The notes beneath the pieces were generated by a model. The model made no database searches, was not told the origin of the DNA, and saw only the letters and a list, made by a program, of their open reading frames with translations. Positions 51,255-60,248 of a DNA stretch of 64,000 nucleotides are shown piece after piece (position 1 is the stretch's first letter; each line of letters starts with the position of its first letter). Both the position numbers and the translations under genes were made by a program. The stretch is from an uncultured Verrucomicrobiae bacterium (lineage in GTDB: Bacteria > Verrucomicrobiota > Verrucomicrobiia > Chthoniobacterales > UBA10450): positions 896,001 through 960,000 of the forward strand of contig CAWFGO010000001.1 in NCBI GenBank assembly GCA_963815455.1, given 5' to 3'.

Positions 51255-51308
51255 AGACGGGCGTGCCGCCCGCTTTGTACGGAATGCGGCTGACACAGCC
51301 GCCACTAC
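51251..51308. repeat. GTAG...CTAC REP doublet overlapping a stop codon
   Basis: GTAGAGACGGGCGTGCCGCCCG ... GCGGCTGACACAGCCGCCACTAC. Confidence 0.7.
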
Positions 51309-51381
51309 ACCCAGCAATTCCAGCCACTTCGGGCCAGACGTGTGCCCGACGAAATCAAATTTAACCTAACTAATTTCAAAA

Positions 51382-52968
51382 ATGACGAAACGAGTCCTGA
51401 TATTGTCGATCTTATTTACCATTTGCGCGGGGAGTGTGGTTTGCGCCCAAACCATGCAACCACCGAAAATTTCGGCTCCGCCGCAGCCTGCGCATCACGA
51501 GACATATACCTGCCCGATGCATCCGGAAGTGGTGTCGGACAAACCGGGGAAATGTCCCAAATGCGGGATGACACTGGTGCTGATTGAAAAAGGCAAACGC
51601 CCACCCGTCCGCCGTAGCTTTGGCGAAGGAGGAACGCCCAAGGCCGAGCAGCATGCGACCCACGACGCGAATGGGATGGCGATGCCGCATTCGCCGGCCG
51701 AGCACGCGAGCGAAATGAAGATGTCGATGCAATCTTCGATCAACATTGCCGATCCGATGGGCCGCGAAAGTTCGGGCACGGCTTGGAATCCGGACTCCAC
51801 GCCGATGTACGGACACATGATGATGTTCGGTGACGACATGCTCATGTTGCACGGCGGAATTTTGCCGCGTTATACCAATGTGAGTTCGCGCCGCGGCGAC
51901 GACCGCATCGACGCGCCGAACTGGTTCATGGCGATGTATTCGCATCCGTTCAACGAGAACATGCAGCTTGGCGGACGTCTCATGATGAGCCTCGATCCGT
52001 TGACCGAACAGGGCCGAGGCTATCCGCTGCTTTTTCAAAGCGGCGAGACCTGGCACGAACGGGCGCTCCACGATCGCCAGCATCCGCATGATTTGTTCGA
52101 CGAGCTTTCCCTTTCCTATTCGCAAAAGTTCGATCTCGATCTTAGCGCGTTCATTTATTTCGGCTATCCGGGCGAGCCGGCGCTCGGGCCGCCGACGTTC
52201 ATGCATCGACTCAGCGCGATGGATAATCCCGACGCCCCAATCGGACATCACTGGCAAGATTCGACGCATATCACCTTCGGCGTCGCCACCGCTGGGCTGC
52301 AATGGCGCAATCTGAAAATCGAGGGCAGCATTTTCACCGGACGCGAACCGGATGAGGATCGCTACGACTTCGATCGCCCGAAGTTCGATTCCTACAGCGG
52401 CCGGATTTCGTGGAATCCGACATCAAATCTCGCGCTCCAGGTCTCGCACGGTTACCTCCGAAGCCCGGAAGCAAGTGCCAGTCCGGCTCGGACCGAGCCG
52501 AACGTCAACCGGCATCGCACGACCGCGTCCGCCATCTGCAATCTCCCGCTCGGCCCCGATCGGAATTGGTCGAGCAGTTTCGTCTGGGGAAAGAACAACG
52601 ACGCAGGCGAGAAGACGCAATCGTTTTTGCTCGAATCAAATTATCAACGTGGCCGCGACACCGTTTACGGGCGCTGGGAACTCGTGGAAAAATCGGGACA
52701 CGAACTGGTACTTAAGCCGATCGACCAGGAAAAAGTATTTACGGTCAACGCGCTCACCGCCGGTTACGTGCACGATTTTTCGCACGGCGATAAGATCGAC
52801 ATCGGACTCGGCGGGCAATTCACGTTGAATGTTTGGCCGAGCGAACTTGATCGTTATTACGGCGATGGGGTCGGTTACGGATTCCAAGTTTTTCTTCGCC
52901 TTCGTCCTTCACGGCATGGTCATGATGCACATGAGCACGGCAAGCATGTTCCCGGATTCGAAAAATAA
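51382..52968 (+). CDS. Heavy-metal-binding domain (YTCPMHP..CPKC) plus probable outer-membrane beta-barrel
   Basis: Signal peptide, YTCPMHPEV, Met/His-rich linker, SGTAW.P and DRQHPHDLF motifs. Confidence 0.8.
   Translation: MTKRVLILSILFTICAGSVVCAQTMQPPKISAPPQPAHHETYTCPMHPEVVSDKPGKCPKCGMTLVLIEKGKRPPVRRSFGEGGTPKAEQHATHDANGMAMPHSPAEHASEMKMSMQSSINIADPMGRESSGTAWNPDSTPMYGHMMMFGDDMLMLHGGILPRYTNVSSRRGDDRIDAPNWFMAMYSHPFNENMQLGGRLMMSLDPLTEQGRGYPLLFQSGETWHERALHDRQHPHDLFDELSLSYSQKFDLDLSAFIYFGYPGEPALGPPTFMHRLSAMDNPDAPIGHHWQDSTHITFGVATAGLQWRNLKIEGSIFTGREPDEDRYDFDRPKFDSYSGRISWNPTSNLALQVSHGYLRSPEASASPARTEPNVNRHRTTASAICNLPLGPDRNWSSSFVWGKNNDAGEKTQSFLLESNYQRGRDTVYGRWELVEKSGHELVLKPIDQEKVFTVNALTAGYVHDFSHGDKIDIGLGGQFTLNVWPSELDRYYGDGVGYGFQVFLRLRPSRHGHDAHEHGKHVPGFEK
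51605..51632. repeat. Family C element inside a CDS
   Basis: CCGTCCGCCGTAGCTTTGGCGAAGGAGG, encoding VRRSFGEGG. Confidence 0.7.
52476..52493. repeat. Family D 18-bp motif inside a CDS
   Basis: TGCCAGTCCGGCTCGGAC, encoding ASPART. Confidence 0.72.
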
Positions 52969-52979
52969 ACAATCGCTCT

Positions 52980-53068
52980 GTCACTCCTGAGCGCAGCGGA
53001 GTGGAAGGATCCCGTGGAATCGCCTCAGGGTATCGCCACGGGATTCCTCGACTTTCGCTCGGAATGGC
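52980..53068. repeat. Family A palindromic element
   Basis: GTCACTCCTGAGCG...CGCTCGGAATGGC. Confidence 0.85.
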
Positions 53069-53120
53069 GGGTCTAGCTTCTCTTGTCATCGCGCGCGAAA
53101 TGCGTGAAGCTGGACGCTCC

Positions 53121-54188
53121 ATGGCGCATCGCCTGCCGAAGCAGAATTACCAGGACATCGAACGAATCATTGAGTTCGATTTTGTGCGCGCGACGGAAGC
53201 AGCGGCGCTCAATTCGTTACGCTGGCTCGGCCGCGGCGATAAGGAATCGGCCGATGCCGCTGCCTGCGACGCCATGCGCGGGATGTTCGATCTCATGAAC
53301 ATTTGCGGCGAAGTTGTGATCGGGGAAGGAATCAAGGACGACGCGCCGGGCATTTTCAAAGGCGAACAACTCGGCACCTGGATTCCCGGTTCGCCGCCGT
53401 TCGATATCGCCATCGATCCGATTGACGGCACCACCAACATTTCCAAGGGATCGCCGAACTCGATCAGTTGCATCGCAGCCGCCAGCCCGGAGGAAGGTGT
53501 AAAGGTTGCGCTGCGCGACGTGCCTTCGTTTTACATGTCGAAGCTCGCTTACGGGCCGGACGTGATCCATTACACGCAAAAGCGAGGCGACTCGCTCAAC
53601 CTCGAGGCGCCCATTCCCGAAACGCTCGCCATCGTGGCGCGCGCGCTGGAGAAACGAGTTCAGGATGTCAACGTGATGATGCTCGACCGGCCGCGGCACA
53701 AGGAGATTGTCGAGGCAATTCGCCTCGCCGGCGCGTCGGTGCGGATGATCGGCGACGGCGATATCGCCGCGGCCATGGCGCCGTCGTTGCCCGAGAGCAA
53801 TATCGATCTCTACATGGGAATTGGCGGTTCGCCCGAAGCGGTGCTAGCCGCGGCGGGAATCAAATGCCTCGGCGGCGAGATGCAGTGCAAAATGTGGCCG
53901 CGCGACGACAAAGAACGGAAACAGCTGGTCGATGTGTGCGGGAAAAAAGAACTCGACCGCATCTTTTTTGCCGACGATCTGGCCAACGGCAAGAACATCG
54001 TTTTTTGCGCAACCGGAATCAGCGATAGCGCGTTATTGCGAGGGGTACGGGGCCAGGGAACAAGCGCCATTACGCATTCGATCCTGATGCGGGCCAAGAG
54101 CAAGACGGTCCGTTTCATTCGCGCCCGGCACGATCTGCAAACGAAAACGATCCGGCTCCGCTCGGACAAACGTGAGCACCTGATTTAG
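53121..54188 (+). CDS. glpX: Class II fructose-1,6-bisphosphatase
   Basis: RATEAAA, VVIGEG, DPIDGT, DRPRH and GIGGSPE motifs. Confidence 0.93.
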   Translation: MAHRLPKQNYQDIERIIEFDFVRATEAAALNSLRWLGRGDKESADAAACDAMRGMFDLMNICGEVVIGEGIKDDAPGIFKGEQLGTWIPGSPPFDIAIDPIDGTTNISKGSPNSISCIAAASPEEGVKVALRDVPSFYMSKLAYGPDVIHYTQKRGDSLNLEAPIPETLAIVARALEKRVQDVNVMMLDRPRHKEIVEAIRLAGASVRMIGDGDIAAAMAPSLPESNIDLYMGIGGSPEAVLAAAGIKCLGGEMQCKMWPRDDKERKQLVDVCGKKELDRIFFADDLANGKNIVFCATGISDSALLRGVRGQGTSAITHSILMRAKSKTVRFIRARHDLQTKTIRLRSDKREHLI

Positions 54189-54195
54189 CGTTGGC

Positions 54196-54330
54196 GTCAT
54201 CCCGAGTCGCGTAGACGACGAGGGATCTCTCATTCGGAGGCCACGGTCGCAAACAATTCTGAATCCTGAGCGCTGTCGAATCGCAGGGGTTACATTCCAT
54301 CGCGAGGTCCTTCGCTTCGCTCAGGATGAC
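54196..54330. repeat. Family A element, long-spacer variant
   Basis: GTCATCCCGAG...GCTCAGGATGAC. Confidence 0.8.
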
Positions 54331-54455
54331 AGCAGCGTGATACACGTCCTAGGTCATCCCGCGTCACCCAGTCGACCGGATGCAGAGCGGATTGTTAAAG
54401 TGCTCGACAGCACGCGTTCGATCGGTTCAAGATCGACATCGAACCTTTCCCGCTT

Positions 54456-54854
54456 ATGAGACAAATACCGAAAACCGAACTGTCGCCGGACAACGGCTGC
54501 GTTATCGACATGAAATGGAAACTCGGCGCGCTCAGTTACCACGCCAGCGCCGCCGGCAAAGTGCAAGAGGAGCCGAGCAAAGAAGTCATTCGTCTGCCGG
54601 AGCTGGTGCTTTACGATCACATCGGTTTCAAAGGGACCTACGCCCGCACCAACCTGAGCTTCCATTACGTGGGCGATTATTGGAACGACCGGATCAGCTG
54701 TCTCATTGTCGTAAACGGCGTCTGGCGGTTTTATCGGGATGAATATTACAAAGGCCCATCGTGGGACCTCGGTCCCGGCTACTACGAAAGCTTTTTCACC
54801 GAGAAAGGCCCGGATGACGTTATTAGCTCGTTCCAAGCAGTCGCGCTGACCTAA
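54456..54854 (+). CDS. Beta/gamma-crystallin domain protein
   Basis: LYDHIGFKG, WNDRISC..V..G.W.FY...YKG, LGPGYY and DVISS motifs. Confidence 0.75.
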   Translation: MRQIPKTELSPDNGCVIDMKWKLGALSYHASAAGKVQEEPSKEVIRLPELVLYDHIGFKGTYARTNLSFHYVGDYWNDRISCLIVVNGVWRFYRDEYYKGPSWDLGPGYYESFFTEKGPDDVISSFQAVALT

Positions 54855-55798
54855 GATTTGCTCCGGCCGACAGCGAGATCGACAACGTTTCGCGCGCAGC
54901 CCCAGGAAAGGGTGAAACCGGAGCCGCCGTGCCCGTAATTGTGAATCACGGCGCGGCCGTCGCGCAGTTTTTCTCGCTCCAGTCGCACCCCTGATTTTCG
55001 GAACGGGCGGAGCCCAACGCGCTCGGCGAGAACGGGCGGATGATCGATATTCAAGACGCGACTGCATTCGGCGACGATTGCCGATGTCGCACGCGGATCG
55101 GCCGCGAGATTGTTGCTGATTTCGTTGGTCCCGCCGAAAACGCAATCGTCGCGACGCGGAATCGCATACATCAGGGGCGCGTCGTCGCATACAACTGCGC
55201 ACTCTAGATTGTCGATCCTGGGCACGATTGCGACTTGCCCGCGATGCGGTTCGAGATCGACATCGTGAACGAGCTCGCGGGCGCCGATTCCCGCACAGTT
55301 GATTGCCAGATCGAAGGCTGGATCGACATCTTCGAGCTGATCGAGGCGAACGTTGTTCTGCATTTCACCGCCGGCCGTGACGAAGCGGTTCTCGAGGTAA
55401 TTCAAATAGATCGTCGTATCCATGAGCGGCACAGTAAGGGCAAAACCGCTCTTAAATCCTGGCCGCTCCACGGCACAGCGAGCACCCAACGGGATTGCCC
55501 ATTCTGGAATTTGAATCTCGTCGGTGCGCGAAAATTGACGCAACTCGATCATCGACACACCGCTGCGCGGGTTCCGGCCAAGATCGACAAGGGCTTCATA
55601 AGTTTTGAGCGCCCACGGAATCACTTTGGCGGCCGGTTGGGCATCGTAGGGAAACCAAAGCGCTCCGGCCGCTGCGGACGTTGTTTGCTGACCGGTTTCT
55701 CTGGCAAAGATCGCTGTGCGATATCCGGCTTCGGCAAGAAGAAGACCGCAGGTCATTCCTGAAACACCGGCCCCCACCACGGCTATGGATTTTGGCAT
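54851..55798 (-). CDS. D-amino-acid oxidase family FAD oxidoreductase
   Basis: VVGAGVSG, TTSAAAG, RGQ, GLRP and HNYGHGGSG.TLSWG motifs. Confidence 0.9.
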   Translation of the reverse strand: MPKSIAVVGAGVSGMTCGLLLAEAGYRTAIFARETGQQTTSAAAGALWFPYDAQPAAKVIPWALKTYEALVDLGRNPRSGVSMIELRQFSRTDEIQIPEWAIPLGARCAVERPGFKSGFALTVPLMDTTIYLNYLENRFVTAGGEMQNNVRLDQLEDVDPAFDLAINCAGIGARELVHDVDLEPHRGQVAIVPRIDNLECAVVCDDAPLMYAIPRRDDCVFGGTNEISNNLAADPRATSAIVAECSRVLNIDHPPVLAERVGLRPFRKSGVRLEREKLRDGRAVIHNYGHGGSGFTLSWGCARNVVDLAVGRSKS

Positions 55799-55863
55799 GG
55801 ACAAACCGTAAGCCAGATTCAATGCGTGCGGAATGCCAACCGATCATTTAGGATGCGATCGAG

Positions 55864-56955
55864 ATGGTTGCTTTAAATCGAGATGCGCTCACTGAGAAAG
55901 TACTGGCGGGAGAAAGAATTTCCGCCCAGGACGCGCTTCAGCTTCACCGCTTCCCGCTCGAAGAATTGGGTTCCTTGGCCAATGCCCGGCGCGATTTGGC
56001 CAAAGCGAAATCATACGGCGGCCGCGGCCGAGAGATTGTGACTTATATCGTCGATCGCAACATCAATTACACGAACGTGTGCAATGTTTATTGCAAATTC
56101 TGCGCGTTCTACCGAACCGAGCGTGATGAAGATCACTACGTGCTTTCCTTCGAACAGTTGGACCAAAAATTGGACGAGCTTTCGGCTGCGGGCGGTGTCC
56201 AAATCCTGATGCAGGGCGGGCATCATCCGAAACTCGGATTCGACTGGTATATCGATCTTCTCCGGCACATCCGCGAAAAATACCCGCATATTAATATTCA
56301 CGGGTTCAGCCCGCCCGAGTTTCAACACTTTGCCGAGACGTTTCGAATGCCGCTGCGAGAAGTGATTTCGCAATTCAAAAATGCCGGGCTCGGCTCGATT
56401 CCCGGCGGCGGTGGGGAGATTCTGGTCGACCGGGTGCGCCAGAAGATTTCGCCATTGAAGATCGACAGCGATCGATGGCTTGAAGTGATGCAAGTTGCGC
56501 ACGAACTAGGGTTAAAATCGAGCGCGACAATGATGTTCGGCCATGTCGAAACCATCGAGGAGCGGATCGAGCATTTGCAGCGTATTCGCGATCAACAGGA
56601 CCGCAGCGGCGGGTTTACCGCATTCATTTGCTGGACGTTTCAGCCCCAGCACACCGTCCTGAAAGTGGATCATCCAACCGGGGTGGCCGAATATCTCCGG
56701 ACCCAGGCGCTGGCCCGCATTTTCCTGGACAACATCGACAACATCCAAAGCTCCTGGGTGACGCAAGGACCGGACATTGGCCAGATCGCATTGAAGTATG
56801 GAGCGAACGACTTTGGCTCGGTGATGATGGAGGAAAATGTCGTGAGCAGCGCCGGGACGACGTTCCGATTAGACGCCGCGAAAATCGAGCTGCTCGTTCG
56901 CGATGCGGGCTACGAACCTCGACGCCGGAACAACTGGTACGAGCTTTTGAACTAA
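55864..56955 (+). CDS. mqnC: Cyclic dehypoxanthinyl futalosine synthase
   Basis: DRNINYTNVCNVYCKFC, QGGHHP, IQSSWVTQG and MMEENVV motifs. Confidence 0.9.
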   Translation: MVALNRDALTEKVLAGERISAQDALQLHRFPLEELGSLANARRDLAKAKSYGGRGREIVTYIVDRNINYTNVCNVYCKFCAFYRTERDEDHYVLSFEQLDQKLDELSAAGGVQILMQGGHHPKLGFDWYIDLLRHIREKYPHINIHGFSPPEFQHFAETFRMPLREVISQFKNAGLGSIPGGGGEILVDRVRQKISPLKIDSDRWLEVMQVAHELGLKSSATMMFGHVETIEERIEHLQRIRDQQDRSGGFTAFICWTFQPQHTVLKVDHPTGVAEYLRTQALARIFLDNIDNIQSSWVTQGPDIGQIALKYGANDFGSVMMEENVVSSAGTTFRLDAAKIELLVRDAGYEPRRRNNWYELLN

Positions 56956-57087
56956 AGCCGGGGGCATGTTGTCTATGGTCAAGCCTCCTGGGTGCATGGA
57001 AAATCCTGTCTTGACGATGACCCTCTTCTCCATCTAATACCGGCCTGTCCCGCGCCCGGTTTGCCGCGCGGGACTCGGCATTACTTT

Positions 57088-59538
57088 ATGGGACTCTTTC
57101 ACGGATCGATGGGACGGGCGGCCTGCTTATTCTTGCTGACCGCCGTGTGCGGACTTGTTGGCACGGCCCCGGTCTGTGGGCAACAGGGAGAGCCCCCGAC
57201 GCCTCCGACGGTCAAGTCGATCGAGGTCGAATACACCGGCCCGGCAACGATCAGCAAGGATCGAATTATCGCGCAGATGCGCACGACAGTTGGCGAGCCG
57301 TATTCCGATCAAGTGGTCGAGCAGGACATCAGAAACCTCTACAAGACGGGCCAGATATTGAATGTGCGCATCTTTGCCAAGCCGCAGGACGAAGGCGTGA
57401 AAGTGATCGTCGCGGTGCAGACCCGCTCCATATTGCGCGAGATTGTGATCGACGGTTCGAAGAAGGTGGGGGCCAAGAGAATTCGCAAGGAAATCGGGTT
57501 AAAGATCAATCAGCCGGTCAATGAAGAAGAGCTGGAAAAGTCGCGCCAGAAAATCATCGACGTTTATCGCGGACGCGGTTTCAACGATGTGGACGTCGAG
57601 TTTCACGTCGATCCGATCGATCAGAAGCGCGGCACGGCGCGAGTTGTTTACACCGTTAATGAAGGCCTAAAGGGCGCGATTCGCCGGATCCGGTTCGAAG
57701 GAAACGAGCATTTCAGCGAACGGGTTTTGCGCAAGCAAATGAAAACTCGGGGCAAGACCCTCATCTCATTTCTCGATAAATCCGGCCGGCTCGACGAAAT
57801 CCAGTTGCAACAGGACTTGGATAGTGTTCGCGAGTGGTATCAGAACCACGGCTACATCGACGTGGAAGTAAAAGATGTTCGCAAGGAACGCGAAAAGGGC
57901 CCGATCACCATCGTCATCGCCATCAAGGAAGGCACATTGTATCACGTCGGCAAGATTGCCATCTCGGGTGAGAAGGTGACCTCGGAACAGAAAATCCGGG
58001 CATTGCTCAAGATGAAAGAAGGGAGTGTTTACTCTCCCAAGACGCTACGCGACGATGCCAAGGCCGTGGCGGACGCCTACGGGAGCGGCGGCTATGTCGA
58101 TCTTGTGGTCGTGCCGCAAGGCGCCCCTGCCGGTCCGGGGAAGATCGACGTCCATTACAAGATCGAGGAAGGCGATCGCTCGTTTGTCCAGCGTATCAAT
58201 ATTGTCGGCAACACGCGCACCAAAGACAAAGTGCTTCGGCGGGAGGTCCTGGTCACACCCGGGGACGTGTTTAACACCGTGCGGGTGGATAGGAGCAAAA
58301 AGCGCCTCGATAATCTGGGCTATTTTTCGAAGGTTGAAACCTATCCCGAGGACACCGGCATCGCCGGGCGCAAAGATCTCAACGTCCTGGTGGAAGAAAA
58401 ACGGACGGGATCGCTGAGTTTTGGCGGCGGTTTTAGCACAATCGATCAATTGGTCGCCTTTGCCGAGCTGACCCAGGGCAATTTTGATATCGCGAACTGG
58501 CCCGGCTTCACCGGCGCGGGGCAGAAATTCCGGATGCGTGTTCAGCTGGGCACGCAGCGCAAAGATTTCACCATTGGGCTGACGGAACCGTGGTTCCTCG
58601 ACCGCCGCCTATCTTTGGGGGGCCAGGCGTTCTACACCGAGGCCAATTATTTGAGTTCGTTGTATGACCAACGTAATTTCGGTTTCTCCATTGAGACGCG
58701 AAAGCCGATCAGCGCATTTGTTTATGCGACATTGGGCTACCGGCTGGAAGACATCGATATTTTTGACGTAGCCGCGAGTTCCTCGATCGAGATTCAGGCC
58801 CAGGAAGGCTCTCGAGTAAAAAGCCAAATCTACAGCAGCATCGTTTTTGATCGCCGGGACAATCCGATCCTCACTCGTCGAGGAGAGCGGGTGTCGTTTT
58901 CACCTTACTTCTCCGGTGGCCCGCTCGGCGGCGACACCCAGATCTACGGCTGGGACCTGGAGGCATCGCAATATTATCATCTTCCCTGGGATTTGATTCT
59001 TCTGATTAACGGCGAAATGGCCACGGTCGATTACTGGGGGAACGGGCGAGACCCATACCCGATTCCAGGTAGCGGAACTCCCCGCGCGACAACCTCGGCC
59101 GTTCCGATTTTCGATCGGCTCTTTCTCGGCGGCTCGAATAACCTTCGCGGATTCGACTTTCGTGAGGTTGGGCCAAAAGACAACCGCGGGGAACCGCTCG
59201 GAGGCAAATCGCTGATCCGCAGCACCGTGGAACTTACCTTCCCAATCGTGGAAAAGGCGCGCGGCGCCTTTTTTTACGATGCCGGTTACGTCAATCCTGA
59301 TGCGTACGATTTCAGCCAACACGTCGTCGTCATCAAACATCCTGGGGGGCCAAGGGATAATGGCAGCCACCGGCCGTCCAAGTTTGACATCTACGATAAT
59401 CTCGCTACCGACATTGGGTTCGGGCTCCGGCTTGATTTGCCAATTGGCCCGCTCCGCCTTGACTATGGCTTTCCAATCGACCGTTCTGGAAATCCGGGCC
59501 ACGGCAAATTCAACTTCAACGTCGGCTACCAATTTTGA
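57088..59538 (+). CDS. bamA: Outer membrane protein assembly factor BamA
   Basis: POTRA repeats, GNTRTKDKVLRRE, LRGF, C-terminal FNFNVGYQF; start uncertain. Confidence 0.95.
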   Translation: MGLFHGSMGRAACLFLLTAVCGLVGTAPVCGQQGEPPTPPTVKSIEVEYTGPATISKDRIIAQMRTTVGEPYSDQVVEQDIRNLYKTGQILNVRIFAKPQDEGVKVIVAVQTRSILREIVIDGSKKVGAKRIRKEIGLKINQPVNEEELEKSRQKIIDVYRGRGFNDVDVEFHVDPIDQKRGTARVVYTVNEGLKGAIRRIRFEGNEHFSERVLRKQMKTRGKTLISFLDKSGRLDEIQLQQDLDSVREWYQNHGYIDVEVKDVRKEREKGPITIVIAIKEGTLYHVGKIAISGEKVTSEQKIRALLKMKEGSVYSPKTLRDDAKAVADAYGSGGYVDLVVVPQGAPAGPGKIDVHYKIEEGDRSFVQRINIVGNTRTKDKVLRREVLVTPGDVFNTVRVDRSKKRLDNLGYFSKVETYPEDTGIAGRKDLNVLVEEKRTGSLSFGGGFSTIDQLVAFAELTQGNFDIANWPGFTGAGQKFRMRVQLGTQRKDFTIGLTEPWFLDRRLSLGGQAFYTEANYLSSLYDQRNFGFSIETRKPISAFVYATLGYRLEDIDIFDVAASSSIEIQAQEGSRVKSQIYSSIVFDRRDNPILTRRGERVSFSPYFSGGPLGGDTQIYGWDLEASQYYHLPWDLILLINGEMATVDYWGNGRDPYPIPGSGTPRATTSAVPIFDRLFLGGSNNLRGFDFREVGPKDNRGEPLGGKSLIRSTVELTFPIVEKARGAFFYDAGYVNPDAYDFSQHVVVIKHPGGPRDNGSHRPSKFDIYDNLATDIGFGLRLDLPIGPLRLDYGFPIDRSGNPGHGKFNFNVGYQF

Positions 59539-59593
59539 ACGAATCTAATCGGTTGCAGTCTAAACGGTTTCCATCGAATCTAGTCTCAGTCAT

Positions 59594-60187
59594 ATGAAAA
59601 AACTCCTTTCCATCACTCTGGCGTCCGCCCTTCTTTTCCCGGCTGCGGCCTTTGCCCAAGCACTCAAAGTCGGCACCGTCGATATGCAACGCGCGTTCAA
59701 GGAATACGGCAAAACCAAGGACGCGGAAGCCAAGATCAATGAAGCGAAAAACTCGGCCAAAAAAGAGTACGACGATCGCGCCGAGGGCTACAAGAAGGCC
59801 CTCGATGACATCAACAACCTGAACAAGCAGCTCGAGTCCTCCGCGACCAGCGCGGACAAGAAGACCTCCCTGGCCAAGGAACGCGACGACAAGATCACGA
59901 ACATCAAGAACATGGAGAGGGAGATCAACGAGTTCCGTCAAACCCGGGAGCGGCAACTGCAGGAACAAGCCTTGCGGATGCGCGAAGGGATCGTCAAAGA
60001 AATCTCGGACATCGTGATGGAGAAGGTAAAGGCCAACCACATGGACCTCGTGTTCGACAAATCCGGCATGAGCCTCAACGGTGTTCCGGTCTTGATGTAC
60101 GCACCAGAAAACACCGACTTTACTGCTGAGGTCATCGCCTCTCTCAACAAGGGAGGAAGACCAGCCGCCAGCCCAGCGAAACCTTAA
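59594..60187 (+). CDS. skp: OmpH/Skp periplasmic chaperone
   Basis: KVGTVDMQ, coiled coil; follows bamA. Confidence 0.9.
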   Translation: MKKLLSITLASALLFPAAAFAQALKVGTVDMQRAFKEYGKTKDAEAKINEAKNSAKKEYDDRAEGYKKALDDINNLNKQLESSATSADKKTSLAKERDDKITNIKNMEREINEFRQTRERQLQEQALRMREGIVKEISDIVMEKVKANHMDLVFDKSGMSLNGVPVLMYAPENTDFTAEVIASLNKGGRPAASPAKP

Positions 60188-60207
60188 TTTTAACTCGGAC
60201 AATTTCG

Positions 60208-60239
60208 AAACACACGCGGGCAACACTCGCGTGTGTTTT
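60208..60239 (+). terminator. Putative intrinsic terminator after skp
   Basis: AAACACACGCG / CGCGTGTGTTTT stem-loop. Confidence 0.65.
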
Positions 60240-60248
60240 GCCGTACAG

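Noticed and set aside
2565..54330. Family A repeats as a CRISPR array or integron attC sites
   Set aside because: They are dispersed rather than regularly spaced, no cas or integrase gene is present, and they flank housekeeping genes.
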